Below, piece after piece: positions 50,490 to 61,555 of a stretch of 64,000 nt of DNA. Location of the stretch: positions 2,112,001-2,176,000 of the forward strand of contig OY970176.1 of assembly GCA_963707955.1 (NCBI GenBank). Direction: 5' to 3'. Each line of letters starts with the position of its first letter. Position 1 is the first letter of the stretch. Under the pieces are notes generated by a model that saw only the letters and a list, made by a program, of their open reading frames with translations, searched no databases and was not told the DNA's origin. This stretch comes from Candidatus Bathyarchaeota archaeon. Its GTDB lineage: Archaea; Thermoproteota; Bathyarchaeia; Bathyarchaeales; Bathycorpusculaceae. The translations under genes and the position numbers were made by a program.

Positions 50490-51285
50490 GTGAAAAGTGT
50501 GAGCAAAGCATACGAGACCCTCAAAATAGAAAGAGAAGAAAGCACACTGTGGATCATACTGAACAGACCTCAACGCCTCAACGCCTTCAACGCTGTCATG
50601 ATCGAAGAGCTCTTGGACATGCTCAACACGGCAGAAAGCGATCCAAGCATCAAATGCGTCGTGATAACGGGCGAAGGCGACCGCGCCTTCAGCGCGGGCG
50701 CAGACTTAACCATGATGAAAGGAACTCCTGTCTACGCCGAAGAAGCTGCGAGGAAAGGGCAGAAGACTTTTGGAAAGGTTGAAGAAATGTCCAAACCAGT
50801 CATCGCTGCTATAAACGGTTACGCTCTTGGCGGTGGCCTCGAACTTGCAATGGCGTGCGACCTCAGGATAGCGGCCGAACATGCCGAGCTTGGAAATACA
50901 GAGATCAGGTCTGGGCTTGATCCCCGGATGGGGTGGAACGCAGAGACTCGTCAGGATAGTGGGTCTAGCGAGGGCTAAAGAAATGGTGATGCTTGGAAAC
51001 AGGATCAAAGCCGATGAAGCACTGAGAATAGGTCTAGTGCACAAGGTTGTCCACTACGAGAAGCTTAAAGACGAGGTCAGGGCAACAGCTAAGGAGCTTG
51101 CTGAAAGACCCCCGATAGCCATGAAATATGTGAAGCACGCAATGAACTTTGGAACGCAAGTGCCTCTGGAAGCTGGGTTGCGACTGGAAGCAGCACTGTT
51201 CGCCTTGTCATCCTCAACCGAAGATCTCAAAGAAGGCGTAGAAGCTTTCTTCTCCAAACGAAAGGCCGAGTTCAAAGGCAAATAG
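50490..51285 (+). CDS. Enoyl-CoA hydratase; +1 frameshift at ~50910
   Basis: LNRP..LNA, AFSAGADL, NGYALGGGLELAMACD, TEIR[+T]LGLIPGWGGTQRL, F.GK. Confidence 0.9.
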
Positions 51286-51345
51286 CTTAAACATCCTTTT
51301 TCTTTCACTTTTGTGCATCGAGTTAGCAAGAAGGGTGTGTTTGGA

Positions 51346-52515
51346 ATGAAAAATGTGGCTGTCATAGGAATTGGCAACTCAAAGTTTGGAGCAAGAAACG
51401 ATGTGACCATTTCCGAGCTTGCTTTTGAAGCTGTAAGGCCGTCTCTAGAAGACGCAGGCTTAGGTGCAATTGACATTCAGTTTGTCGCTCTTGGGTCTGT
51501 TGGGGCAGGAGCTTGGTATGAAGAGCTGCTTCCAGCAGTGGTTGTTTCAGAATACTGTGGGATGACAAAGGCAGGGCTCGTGCGATGTGAAGCAGCATGT
51601 GCAAGCGGCAGCGCAGCTTTCTTCACGGCATATTCAGCCATTGCCAGTGGCCAGGCAGATATAGCGGTGGCGATGGGCGTCGAGAAGATGAGGGAAATCG
51701 ACTCCGCAACGGCCATGGAATGGATAGGTCGAGCAGGCTACTATCTCTGGGAGTTCCATAACTTCGGAGTAACCTTCCCAGCGTACTATGCATTGTATGC
51801 AAACGCCCACATGGCCAAGTACGGAACAACCGAAGAAGACTTGGCGCTTGTAGCCGTGAAAAACCACAAATACGGTTCTATGAACCCGATTGCCCACCTT
51901 CAAAACAAGATCACAGTTGACGACGTTCTAAACTCAATGGTCATCGCTTCACCCTTAAAGCTCTTCGACTGTTGCCCCTTGACGGATGGGGCGGCAGCGC
52001 TTGTTCTTGCGTCTGAAGAAAAAGTCAAAGAATTGAAAGTTGACACGCCAATATGGGTCGCCGGAATCGGCTATTCTTCAGGAACCGCAAACCTTAGCAA
52101 ACGATCAAACTTCGTCGGTTTGGAAGCAAGCGTACTAGCTTCACAAAGAGCTTACAAAGCCGCAGGCATAACACCAACCCAGGTTGACTTCGCAGATGTG
52201 CACGACTGTTTCACCATTGCAGAAATAATGGCATATGAGGACATTGGATTCTGTGCAAAAGGCGAAGGAGTAAAGCTTTTGCGAGACGGACAGACTGAAA
52301 TCGGCGGAAAAATCCCTGTGAACATGGACGGCGGGCTGAAATCTAAAGGTCATCCCATCGGCACAACAGGTTGCTCAATGATGTACGAGCTTACAAAACA
52401 GTTGAGAGGAGAAGCTGAAAAAGGCAGGCAGGTGCCGCTGAAAAACAACATCGGCCTTGCACACAACGTAGGCGGAACCGGACACTACTGCTACGTGACT
52501 ATCCTGCGGAGGTGA
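51346..52515 (+). CDS. Thiolase (archaeal SCP2-type acetyl-CoA acyltransferase)
   Basis: EAACASG, GVEKM, DCCPLTDGAAA, VHDCF, GHPIGTTG, HNVGG. Confidence 0.93.
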   Translation: MKNVAVIGIGNSKFGARNDVTISELAFEAVRPSLEDAGLGAIDIQFVALGSVGAGAWYEELLPAVVVSEYCGMTKAGLVRCEAACASGSAAFFTAYSAIASGQADIAVAMGVEKMREIDSATAMEWIGRAGYYLWEFHNFGVTFPAYYALYANAHMAKYGTTEEDLALVAVKNHKYGSMNPIAHLQNKITVDDVLNSMVIASPLKLFDCCPLTDGAAALVLASEEKVKELKVDTPIWVAGIGYSSGTANLSKRSNFVGLEASVLASQRAYKAAGITPTQVDFADVHDCFTIAEIMAYEDIGFCAKGEGVKLLRDGQTEIGGKIPVNMDGGLKSKGHPIGTTGCSMMYELTKQLRGEAEKGRQVPLKNNIGLAHNVGGTGHYCYVTILRR

Positions 52516-52958
52516 ACAGAATGTCCTCGATGCCATCGATAAAATCAAGGGAAATAAAGATTGTTCATGAGATACCGATAAGCAAGAATCTGAAGTTTTA
52601 CGAGGGCCTAAGAGAGGGAAAAGTCTACGCGACCAGATGCAAAAACTGCAGAAAAATCTATTTCCCGCCAAACGTCGACTGCGCTGAATGCTTATCTACG
52701 GGTCTAGAGTGGGTTGAGCTTAGCAACGAAGCAGAAATTGAAACATTCACATATGTAGTGGTAAGACCGACCACTTTCCAGCAAAACAAGCCGTACACCG
52801 TCGCTATCGGAAGGTTGAAGGAAGGTGTGAAAGTGCTTGCGTGGCTAACAGGATTCAAGCTTTCAGAAGTAAAAGTTGGCATGAGAGCAAAACTAGCGGC
52901 CAAAGTCACAACCGAAGGAAACGTAACCTACGAGTTTGTGCCTCTTCAACCGAGATAA
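52512..52958 (+). CDS. DUF35-type Zn-ribbon/OB-fold thiolase partner
   Basis: RCKNC...FPP..DCAEC, ETFTYV, PYTVA, VGM. Confidence 0.9.
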   Translation: MNRMSSMPSIKSREIKIVHEIPISKNLKFYEGLREGKVYATRCKNCRKIYFPPNVDCAECLSTGLEWVELSNEAEIETFTYVVVRPTTFQQNKPYTVAIGRLKEGVKVLAWLTGFKLSEVKVGMRAKLAAKVTTEGNVTYEFVPLQPR

Positions 52959-53782
52959 CCGTTGCACTTGAGACTTCCAGCTTCCACGTTTCTTATCCAC
53001 TCCAATGTCTTGGCTACCAATTCATCCTCTTTACCTTCATAACCGTGATTCGCCCCTTTTATCACTAAGAGCGCCTTAGGATCCTGCGCACATGAATAAA
53101 CCTCTTGAGCCTCATCTAAGCCGTGAATGTTGTCCGCATCGCCAATGACAATCAGCACAGGCAAATTCTTCAGCTTCTGAATCACCTCACACTCATCTAG
53201 TTTCATGAGTTTTCCACGGACATCTCTCAAACGCAGATCTATTCCGAAAACTTCCATCTTAAATACTCGTGAAACGTTGAAAACTCGGTCAAGCTGAGAG
53301 AAGAGAAGAAACGCGTAAAGACCCCCTCTGCCTCTTGTGCGTCTTATGAACTTCTTAACATTGTAATCGTGGTTCTTGGGCGGAGACCACAATGCGAGTC
53401 CCTTGATTCGCGCATCGTTCTGAACAGCGTAGAGCGACACTGCCGCGCCCAAGCTGTGCCCAACGACAAAGATGCTGTTAGGTAAAACTTCTTTTTTCGA
53501 GGCTAGATAACTCAAAGCGCATTTCACGTCCTGCTGCTCTCCCAAACCGTAATCAAACTGCCCAGTGCTCTTCCCGACTCCGCGAAAATCGAAATTCAGA
53601 GATACAAACCCAGCTTGACAAGCAGCCTCAGCTAAGCGAGTGTAGATGCCGAGGCCGTGATAGCCTCGCGCATCCATGAAGTGGCAAACAAGCACGGCAG
53701 GAGCTGGAACAATGTCAGGAATGTGCAATTGAGCGTATAGCCTCGCGTTTTGACACAATATTGATACTTGCTCGGTCTGCAC
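52946..53782 (-). CDS. Alpha/beta hydrolase
   Basis: FDFRGVGKS, GHSLGA nucleophile elbow, GDAD, GANH. Confidence 0.9.
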   Translation of the reverse strand: MQTEQVSILCQNARLYAQLHIPDIVPAPAVLVCHFMDARGYHGLGIYTRLAEAACQAGFVSLNFDFRGVGKSTGQFDYGLGEQQDVKCALSYLASKKEVLPNSIFVVGHSLGAAVSLYAVQNDARIKGLALWSPPKNHDYNVKKFIRRTRGRGGLYAFLLFSQLDRVFNVSRVFKMEVFGIDLRLRDVRGKLMKLDECEVIQKLKNLPVLIVIGDADNIHGLDEAQEVYSCAQDPKALLVIKGANHGYEGKEDELVAKTLEWIRNVEAGSLKCNGYLG

Positions 53783-54190
53783 ACACTTTCCTTCCGCAGG
53801 ATTGTCTCTGTGAGCTTAGATATTTCACGCACTTTCCCTTTTTTCCTTTTCCATGTTTATCCTTGCGCACGGCTTGAGCGATCTTGAGCACTCGCGGTGA
53901 AGGGTGTTCAGCTCAAACCCCTGTATCATCGGGGAGTGTACCTAGGCAAAACGGCAAATGTCTCATTGTGCAGGCCGTACGCTTGGCTCAGTTTAAGCTC
54001 ATTGTGGGTTAGTCTTGCCACATTCGTGCTAAGATTAATTGTTAAGGTCTATTCTTACTTTAGATAACATGGATAACCCAACCATCCCGTCAGTCTCCTC
54101 TTCAGAAATGAAGGCCATGGGAAAAGGTGTAATAGTGATAAGCCAGTCGTGGAAAATATTATTACTTCCTAACGTAGCCAATATGTAAGG

Positions 54191-55933
54191 GTGGGGCTAG
54201 TTATGTCCGCAAAGAAAAAGAAGGAAAGAGAAAAGCCAATCAGAGAAGAACCGGCTGAGAAGCCATGGTTCAAGTTTTGGCCTGAGGGAGTTCGGAAGCA
54301 CATAGATTTTCCCGAGATTCCGCTTCACGGCCTGCTTGCCGAGACAGCCGGAAAATTCCCCGAGCACACAGCCATAGTTTATTTCAACAAGACCATGACT
54401 TACCGAGATCTCAAACAATTTTCAGACAGGTTTGCGACCGCGCTGGACGGTTTAGGCGTGAAGAAGGGCGACAAGGTTGCCATTTTCTTGCCGAACATAC
54501 CTCAATTCATCATCTCCTATTACGGCATCTCAGAAATCGGGGCTATCGAGACCGCCATAAGCCCGTTATACAAAGAGCGAGAAGTGGAACATCAGCTGAA
54601 CGATTCTGAAGCAGAAACAGTAGTAGTCCTAGATGCACTCTACCCAATGTTAGAAAAAGGTTTGGCAAGCACCAAGGTCAAAAGAGTGATTGTAACAAGT
54701 TTCAAAGAGTACATGCCTGCGGGCACAGCTTTTCTGGGGTCGCTACTAAAGAAGATTCCTTCACACAGGGTTGAACGTGGACCTAATATTTACTTCTTCC
54801 AGGAATTGTTGAGCAAGTATGATGCAAACCCGCCGAAGGTCGACATCAACCCGAAGGAGGACCTCGCAGTCCTTCAATACACCGGCGGAACCACTGGTAT
54901 CCCGAAGGGAGCAATGCTAACTCACATGAACCTTGTGTCGAACGCGCTGTGCTGTGTCGAGTGGCTTAGGGGAACAAGGGGCGAGGACACCTACTTGGTC
55001 GTCGTGCCATTGTTTCACATCTATGGAATGACAACTAGCATGAACACTCCAATCTGTATGGCGGGAAGAATGGTCTTGCTTCCAGGCCATGATGCAACAA
55101 GCACGTTCCAAGCAATCCAACGGCACAAGGTTACAGTCTTCTGTGGAGCACCAACGATGTACTCAATGCTTCTTGCTCATCCAGACTGCAAGAAGTATGA
55201 TTTGGGGTCAATACGGTTCTGCATTTCAGGCTCGGCTCCGCTTCCCCCTGAGGTCCAGAAGAATTGGATGGAAGCGACAGGTGGCGTTCTCGTTGAAGGC
55301 TACGGACTGACAGAATCCTCGCCAGTCACGCATTGCAACCCACTAGATAAATCAATGAAAACCGTAAAAGTAGGTTCAATAGGCTTGCCATGGCCGGATA
55401 CGGAGGCGAAGGTGATGGACATAGAAACGGGAGAAAAAGAGCTTAGTCCAAGCGAAACTGGGGAACTGGTGGTTAAGGGTCCGCAGGTCATGAAGGGTTA
55501 CTGGAAAATGCCTGAAGAAACTGCTGCCGTCCTTCGAAACGGATGGCTCTACACAGGCGACGTAGGAAATGTGGATGAAGATGGCTACTTCTACATAACC
55601 GATCGCAAGAAGGCCCTGATCAAGTACAAGGGCTACAGCGTCTACCCAAGAGAGGTTGAAGACGTAATCTATGAGCATCCTGCAGTGAAACTCTGCGCAG
55701 TCGTAGGCAAACCAGACCCTGTTGCTGGCGAGATCCCGAAAGCCTTCGTCGTGCTGAAAGAGGGAAAAACTGCAACAGCAGAAGAGATCAAGGAGTTCGT
55801 CAACAGCAAAGTGGCATCATACAAGGCTGTCAGAGAGGTTGAATTCAGAACCGAGCTGCCAATGACCCTCGTTGGCAAAGTGCTTAGAAGGGTACTTCAA
55901 GAAGAGGAAAAGAAGAAACTTGAGAAAACCTGA
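54191..55933 (+). CDS. Long-chain fatty acid-CoA ligase
   Basis: QYTGGTTGIPKG, PLFHIYG, EGYGLTE, LYTGD, GKVLRR. Confidence 0.95.
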   Translation: MGLVMSAKKKKEREKPIREEPAEKPWFKFWPEGVRKHIDFPEIPLHGLLAETAGKFPEHTAIVYFNKTMTYRDLKQFSDRFATALDGLGVKKGDKVAIFLPNIPQFIISYYGISEIGAIETAISPLYKEREVEHQLNDSEAETVVVLDALYPMLEKGLASTKVKRVIVTSFKEYMPAGTAFLGSLLKKIPSHRVERGPNIYFFQELLSKYDANPPKVDINPKEDLAVLQYTGGTTGIPKGAMLTHMNLVSNALCCVEWLRGTRGEDTYLVVVPLFHIYGMTTSMNTPICMAGRMVLLPGHDATSTFQAIQRHKVTVFCGAPTMYSMLLAHPDCKKYDLGSIRFCISGSAPLPPEVQKNWMEATGGVLVEGYGLTESSPVTHCNPLDKSMKTVKVGSIGLPWPDTEAKVMDIETGEKELSPSETGELVVKGPQVMKGYWKMPEETAAVLRNGWLYTGDVGNVDEDGYFYITDRKKALIKYKGYSVYPREVEDVIYEHPAVKLCAVVGKPDPVAGEIPKAFVVLKEGKTATAEEIKEFVNSKVASYKAVREVEFRTELPMTLVGKVLRRVLQEEEKKKLEKT

Positions 55934-55956
55934 AAGCCCGTGCTAGCTCAGCTCTG

Positions 55957-57486
55957 CTATACTGGCTCATTGATTTTCTTTCCTGTTTTCTTTGTCCATT
56001 CAGCGATGGGCACTGCAAATTGTTTCTCCACTTCAGGTCTGTGAATGCTGTTGTACGTGCAGAAGCACCGTATTTTCCCGTCAGGAGTTACATAGTGGAT
56101 CCCGCATTTCTGGACGCGGTCCAGGTCAATGTTCCACACGTCTTGAAAATGCATTATTCCGATCATGACGATGCGCCGCATCAATTCTCCCAATGCCTTG
56201 TAACTTCCTTTCGTCACAACATTCCTGATCAAACCTCTGACAAAGTCAGATCTGGCCATGGGTAGCAACTTGACCATCTTCATCTTAGCCATCGTCTTCT
56301 TGCCCTTAGCTCCAGAATAGTAAACATCCCAGAACACGTCGGCAAACTTGTCAACATCCACGTAATGCATGATAGGCTTGTAAGAGCCGTCCTTGTCCAC
56401 GACCAAGAATGTTGCCGCTCCGCACATAGGATGCATCGTAAACTCTGGATAAGGCCTGTTTTTCACTTGGCCCATTCCCTTGGAGATTGGGACAGGCCAG
56501 TTCACCGGTCTCCAATCAAAACGACCTACTTCACCTTTCGTCTGCTTCTCAATCTCGTTAATGGTGTCAGGAATCGTTATCCTCATCTTTCGCATTTCCT
56601 CTTTCCTAGCCTTTCCTGCCATCGAAACAGGCTGAATGTTGACGCACCTGACAACATCATGGTTCTTGACGGCGAAATCGATGATCTCGCCAATGTCCTT
56701 GTCGTTCACGCCTTTCGCATAAGTAACAACCAGGACAATAGAGTGTAACCCGATTTTCCGGGCGTTCTCTAGGACCTTCAGCTTTATCGGAATCATGTCA
56801 CCTCTAGCCCGAGTTTTCTTGTAAATGTCCTCCCTTAACCCGTCAAACTGAAGGTACAGCGTACTCAACCCGGCGTCGAGCAACTTCTTGAAATAGTCAA
56901 CGTCTTCTGCGATGCGGATACCGTTTGTGTTGACTTCAACGTGATCTATTCCGGCCTTCTGAGCCTCCCGAATCAAGTCGGGCAAATCATTCCTCAAAGT
57001 TGGCTCCCCGCCGCTGAACTGCAGAGCGTTACACGCCCAAGGGCTGTTGGCTCTAAGCAGCTTGATCATGTCCACGATCTGGTCGTACGAAGGCTCATAA
57101 ACGTAGTTTGTCACCCCAACATAGGCAAAACAGACCGGGCAAGCCATGTTGCACCTGTTCGTTACGTCTATGATGCCCAAGATCGTTGGCGTTTTGTGCT
57201 GAGGGCAGATTCCGCAGTCAAACGGGCATCCTTTGGCTGTCTTGGTGTGCGGGTTTTCCAGGCCGCCACCCCAGTACCGCGCGTTGTACCAATTGTCATA
57301 AAAATACTTGAACAGTTCAGCGTCTCCCCAGTAAACGTCCTCAAACTTTCCATGCTCAGGGCAGGTCTTCTCGAGGTAGATGACTCCGCCTTCCTCGTAA
57401 ATCCTCATTGAAATCCTCTGGAGACACTCTGGACACAAGTTTGTTGAGATAGTCTCAAACTTCTCAGATCCCTGAGTGTTCATCAT
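55957..57486 (-). CDS. tes: Radical SAM tetraether lipid synthase-like (Tes/GDGT-MAS)
   Basis: Rubredoxin-like CPEC...CPEH; CPFDCGICPQH; CNMACPVC radical SAM motif; HPMCG; FQDVWN.D..R..KC.IHY.TPDG...FC.YN. Confidence 0.85.
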   Translation of the reverse strand: MMNTQGSEKFETISTNLCPECLQRISMRIYEEGGVIYLEKTCPEHGKFEDVYWGDAELFKYFYDNWYNARYWGGGLENPHTKTAKGCPFDCGICPQHKTPTILGIIDVTNRCNMACPVCFAYVGVTNYVYEPSYDQIVDMIKLLRANSPWACNALQFSGGEPTLRNDLPDLIREAQKAGIDHVEVNTNGIRIAEDVDYFKKLLDAGLSTLYLQFDGLREDIYKKTRARGDMIPIKLKVLENARKIGLHSIVLVVTYAKGVNDKDIGEIIDFAVKNHDVVRCVNIQPVSMAGKARKEEMRKMRITIPDTINEIEKQTKGEVGRFDWRPVNWPVPISKGMGQVKNRPYPEFTMHPMCGAATFLVVDKDGSYKPIMHYVDVDKFADVFWDVYYSGAKGKKTMAKMKMVKLLPMARSDFVRGLIRNVVTKGSYKALGELMRRIVMIGIMHFQDVWNIDLDRVQKCGIHYVTPDGKIRCFCTYNSIHRPEVEKQFAVPIAEWTKKTGKKINEPV

Positions 57487-57581
57487 GTGATCTCTCCTTC
57501 AAATTTCGACTAGTACGTAAGCATGCAAGCCGTTTATAAAGCATGAAGTGAGCGATTACACACCTAGTGAGAGCCAGCGAA

Positions 57582-58833
57582 CTAGGAAAGAGTCTGAGAT
57601 GAACCACCAGTCTGCGAGGAGCTATTCTTGGGCTCTCCCAGCATCAAATAAAAGGGCAAAGACGCAACAAACAGTAACGCTGCGACCCCACACGACACTA
57701 TCGCGTCAGAATTGGTGGAATTCCAGACATAACTTCCAGCGCTAGGTCCGATTGTCAAACCGACTCCGTTGAGCGTCTGAGTCAATCCCGAGGCACTTGC
57801 CCGTCTATGCTCTGGAACTAGATCCATGAGCCATGCTGAAATCGCAGGTGAGCTAATGTTTCCAACGGCGCTTATTCCTCCCATTATCAAGGAAAAGTCC
57901 AGAAGTGATGTGCTGAAACCCAAGAGCACGGCCAAAGGGGCACCCAAAAAACTGAACAACACGAGAGGTTTTCTTCCAAACTTGTCGGCAAGTTTCCCGC
58001 CTGGGAGTTGGACAAGCCCCGTAACAAGGCTGGATGACAACGACAAGACTAGACCGTACTCTGCAGGAGCAGCCTCAAGCTTGAACAGAAGCATGCCATT
58101 CAACACTGGATTGATGAAACCATTCAACAGACCATTCAGAAGATTTGTTATGCTGAAGATGAAGATCACACGTCTAAAAGGTAAGCTCAGTTTTGAGCTG
58201 GCTTTTTCCACTTCTCCGCCGTTTTTCTCAATTTTCTGCCTCTCGACTTTTTTTCCTTTCAGAAATGAGGCCAAGAACAAACCGATGATGCTTACGAGCA
58301 CTGCAACGATGAAGGGCGTCTGCAACTTCACAAACTGGGCTGTGAATCCAGCCAGCAATGGCCCAGCTATTCCAGCCGACACCCATGAAAGGTTGAACAC
58401 GCCATACGCCATCCCTCTAGATGACTGTTCACTGCAGTCAGCAACTAAGGCCGAAATGGCCGGACTGGAGAATCCAGCTGCAAAAAATTCGACAAAGTTG
58501 GCGGCGAACAGAAAGTACAGGTTCGGAGCAATAACAAACATTCCGCATCCAGCGGCCAGAACTCCGAAGGACATGATCACATGTTCTTTTGCCCAATGAA
58601 TCTGCTGCAAAGCCTCCGACAAAATATCCCACAGTGGTCGCCGCAAATCCAAGCGAAAGCATTATGCCCAAAGCTTCCATGGTTGCCGTTTCAAAACCTC
58701 CCACGAACAATTTCGTCAAATAGGCCCTCGGTGTAGGAATCAAATTGGTAGAAAAAGTGAACAGAAAGTTCACAGTCCATAAAATCAGAAAAACCCGAGA
58801 CCTATAGTCAAAACCGCCGTTCAAATCATGCAA
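57582..58833 (-). CDS. MFS transporter; +1 frameshift at ~58581
   Basis: GGFAADSLGKRT[+T]VIMS and GKLADKFGRKP MFS motif A in both halves; 12-TM pattern. Confidence 0.85.
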
Positions 58834-59036
58834 GCTCCTTGGATATTTCCATTGCTTCTGTTTGCCTAAAGACGAAGCACTGACTGTTTTTCATTTCTAA
58901 GCCTTCGCTTTGCAATGAACGAATATAATCCTAAAAAAGGAAACTCACCCGGCGTAATCACAACTTGTTATTGAAGTTGTCTTGTCAAAATGTATATGAA
59001 CGGTAGTCTCGCAATAGACTGAAGAGATGTGCCATA

Positions 59037-61316
59037 GTGCGGCTGAGGGTTAAAGTTACAGGCATCGTTCAAGGCGTAGGTTTCCGCCCCTTCATCTACC
59101 GAACAGCAGTTCATCACGGCCTCACCGGATACGTTAGAAACCGAGGTGACGCTGGCGTAGAAATATTCCTAGAAGGCAAAGAACAGGACATCAACGACTT
59201 CTTAACAAATCTGAACGTGAAGAAGCCACCTCTCGCCCAAATCCATGAAATCGTAACAACGAAAATCGAAGGCAACAACGAATACCTGGGATTTACAGTC
59301 AAGAAAAGCTCTAACGAAACTGAACTTTCGGGTTCAGTCATACCGCCTGACGTAGCAATCTGTGACGACTGCCTGGGAGAGCTTCGAAACCCCGAAGACC
59401 CAAGATTCGATTACTTCTTTATCACGTGCACCAACTGCGGTCCAAGGTTCACGATAATCGAAAAACTGCCGTACGATCGAGAGAACACAACGATGCGCGA
59501 GTTTCCTATGTGCGGCTTTTGCCTGAAAGAATACAATGACCCGCTGAACAGGAGGTTTCACGCCCAAACCATAGCGTGTCCCGAATGCGGACCTAGAGCC
59601 TACCTAACGACACGGAACGGTAAATTCGTTGAACACAAGGACCCAGTCCGCGAAGCAGGCAGACTCTTGTCTGAGGGCAACGTCCTGGCAATCAAAGGTT
59701 ATGGTGGCTTCCACGTTGCAGCGTCGACAACCGAAGACAAACCCTTGGCCAGGCTTAGAGTGGTAAAGCATAGAAGTCAAAAACCCTTCGCCATAATGGC
59801 GAGAAGCTTAGACGCAATAAAAACCTTTGCCGAAGTAAGCAAGAAAGAAGCCGAACTCCTAACATCGTACTCCCGTCCAATAGTGCTTCTCAACAAGAAA
59901 AATGATTTCCATCTTTCTGACATGGTTGCTCCTGGACTGCACAACGTCGGCGTGATGCTGCCCTACACGGGCCTTCACTACATGCTTTTCGATAACGTGA
60001 AAGATTTTGCGTTCGTGATGACAAGCGCGAACCCACCTAACCAACCTATGATCAAAGACAATGAAGAAGCCCTGAAAGGTCTATGCGGCACAGTCGACTA
60101 TTTCCTGTTTCACAACCGACAGATAGCCCACAGATGCGACGACTCAGTACTGCGTACCCACGGTCAAAACACTGTTTTCATAAGACGCTCAAGAGGCTAC
60201 GCCCCAGTTCCCTTAATGCTAAAAGAAAAAGCAAAGCACTGCGTGCTGGCGTTGGGCGGAGAACTGAGCAACACCGCATGCGTGCTCAACGGGAACAAAG
60301 CTTTCATTTCACAACACATAGGCGATGTGGAAAACGTGGAAACAAGACACTTCCTAGAGACAGCGGCCGAACATTTGATCCGCCTCACGAACAGCAAAGT
60401 CGATACTGTTGCCTGTGACTTGCACCCAAAGTTCACGACGACTACCCTTGCTCACGGATTAGCTGCGGAAAAGGGTTGGAGGCTGCTTCAGGTTCAGCAT
60501 CACCACTCTCACATCGCCGCATTGATGGTTGAACGCAACGTAGAGGAAATGGTGGGCGTATGCTGTGACGGATACGGATACGGTTCCGACGGCGAAGCAT
60601 GGGGAGGCGAGATCCTGCTGTGCACCAAAGAAGCCCCAGGGTTCAAACGTCTAGCCCACCTTGAAAAACAACCCCTAATCGGAGGAGACTTAGCCACTCA
60701 TTACCCGCTGAGAGTTGCTGCAGGAATACTCCATGGCAAAGCGCATATTGAAGATTGGCTCCTACAGCGCAAGCAGCACTTCCCACACGGAGAAAAGGAA
60801 ATAGAAATAATCCTTCAACAACTCAAGAATCGAAAAGGTATAATCGAAACCACGAGCTGTGGCCGAGTGCTAGATGCTGTCTCAGCCGTCCTCGGCATAT
60901 GCCACGAGCGCACTTATGAAGCAGAACCGTCCATGAAACTTGAGTCCGCTGCAATGAAAGGGAAAGACGTGTTAAACCTGAACCCAATAATTGAAGGCGA
61001 CACCCTGAACACGACACAAATTCTTGAGGAGATATTCGAAAACATAAGAAAACATTCCAGACGAGATTTGGCTTACTCCACACACGCCTACATAGCGAAA
61101 GGCTTGGCCGCGCTCGCTATAAAACAGGCAGACGAGAACGACGTGAAAACTATAGGTTTTTCAGGGGGAGTCGCATGCAACCAGATATTGACGAGGGCGA
61201 TGCGAAAACAAGTCGAAGATGCACACTTGCTTTTTCTTGTACATGAAATCGTTCCTCCAGGCGACGGGGGCCTGTCTTTCGGTCAAGCCGCTGTATCTAG
61301 CTTTTTTCAACCATGA
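59037..61316 (+). CDS. hypF: Carbamoyltransferase HypF
   Basis: GIVQGVGFRPF, CTNCGPRF, RRFHAQ..ACP.CGP, QHHHSH, SGGV, GDGGLSFGQ. Confidence 0.96.
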   Translation: MRLRVKVTGIVQGVGFRPFIYRTAVHHGLTGYVRNRGDAGVEIFLEGKEQDINDFLTNLNVKKPPLAQIHEIVTTKIEGNNEYLGFTVKKSSNETELSGSVIPPDVAICDDCLGELRNPEDPRFDYFFITCTNCGPRFTIIEKLPYDRENTTMREFPMCGFCLKEYNDPLNRRFHAQTIACPECGPRAYLTTRNGKFVEHKDPVREAGRLLSEGNVLAIKGYGGFHVAASTTEDKPLARLRVVKHRSQKPFAIMARSLDAIKTFAEVSKKEAELLTSYSRPIVLLNKKNDFHLSDMVAPGLHNVGVMLPYTGLHYMLFDNVKDFAFVMTSANPPNQPMIKDNEEALKGLCGTVDYFLFHNRQIAHRCDDSVLRTHGQNTVFIRRSRGYAPVPLMLKEKAKHCVLALGGELSNTACVLNGNKAFISQHIGDVENVETRHFLETAAEHLIRLTNSKVDTVACDLHPKFTTTTLAHGLAAEKGWRLLQVQHHHSHIAALMVERNVEEMVGVCCDGYGYGSDGEAWGGEILLCTKEAPGFKRLAHLEKQPLIGGDLATHYPLRVAAGILHGKAHIEDWLLQRKQHFPHGEKEIEIILQQLKNRKGIIETTSCGRVLDAVSAVLGICHERTYEAEPSMKLESAAMKGKDVLNLNPIIEGDTLNTTQILEEIFENIRKHSRRDLAYSTHAYIAKGLAALAIKQADENDVKTIGFSGGVACNQILTRAMRKQVEDAHLLFLVHEIVPPGDGGLSFGQAAVSSFFQP

Positions 61317-61555
61317 ACCACAACCGATGGCGCATAGACAGAACCGAAGATCGCGAACAACTACACCCAGACTCGCGTGTACCTTGGAAGGTTTCCGCAT
61401 TGGCAATCACGTCAGTAACGTTGACCCTCTTTGTGGGAACGATTTTCACCTCACAAAGAATAGACTTAAAGGTAGAAAATCCTTCTCCAATGTCACTAAC
61501 TTTATCAGCCTGCTTCTTCCAACATCCATTGGAACAAAAGTCTGAGAATCAAGAT

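Noticed and set aside
57826-58599. 257-aa plus-strand ORF, and similar long antisense ORFs over the ETF, acyl-CoA dehydrogenase and giant genes
   Set aside because: Shadow ORFs opposite well-supported genes, with no motifs.
61313-61555. 81-aa N-terminal extension of HypC
   Set aside because: HypC needs the N-terminal Met-Cys, which is at 61556; the upstream open frame is probably incidental.
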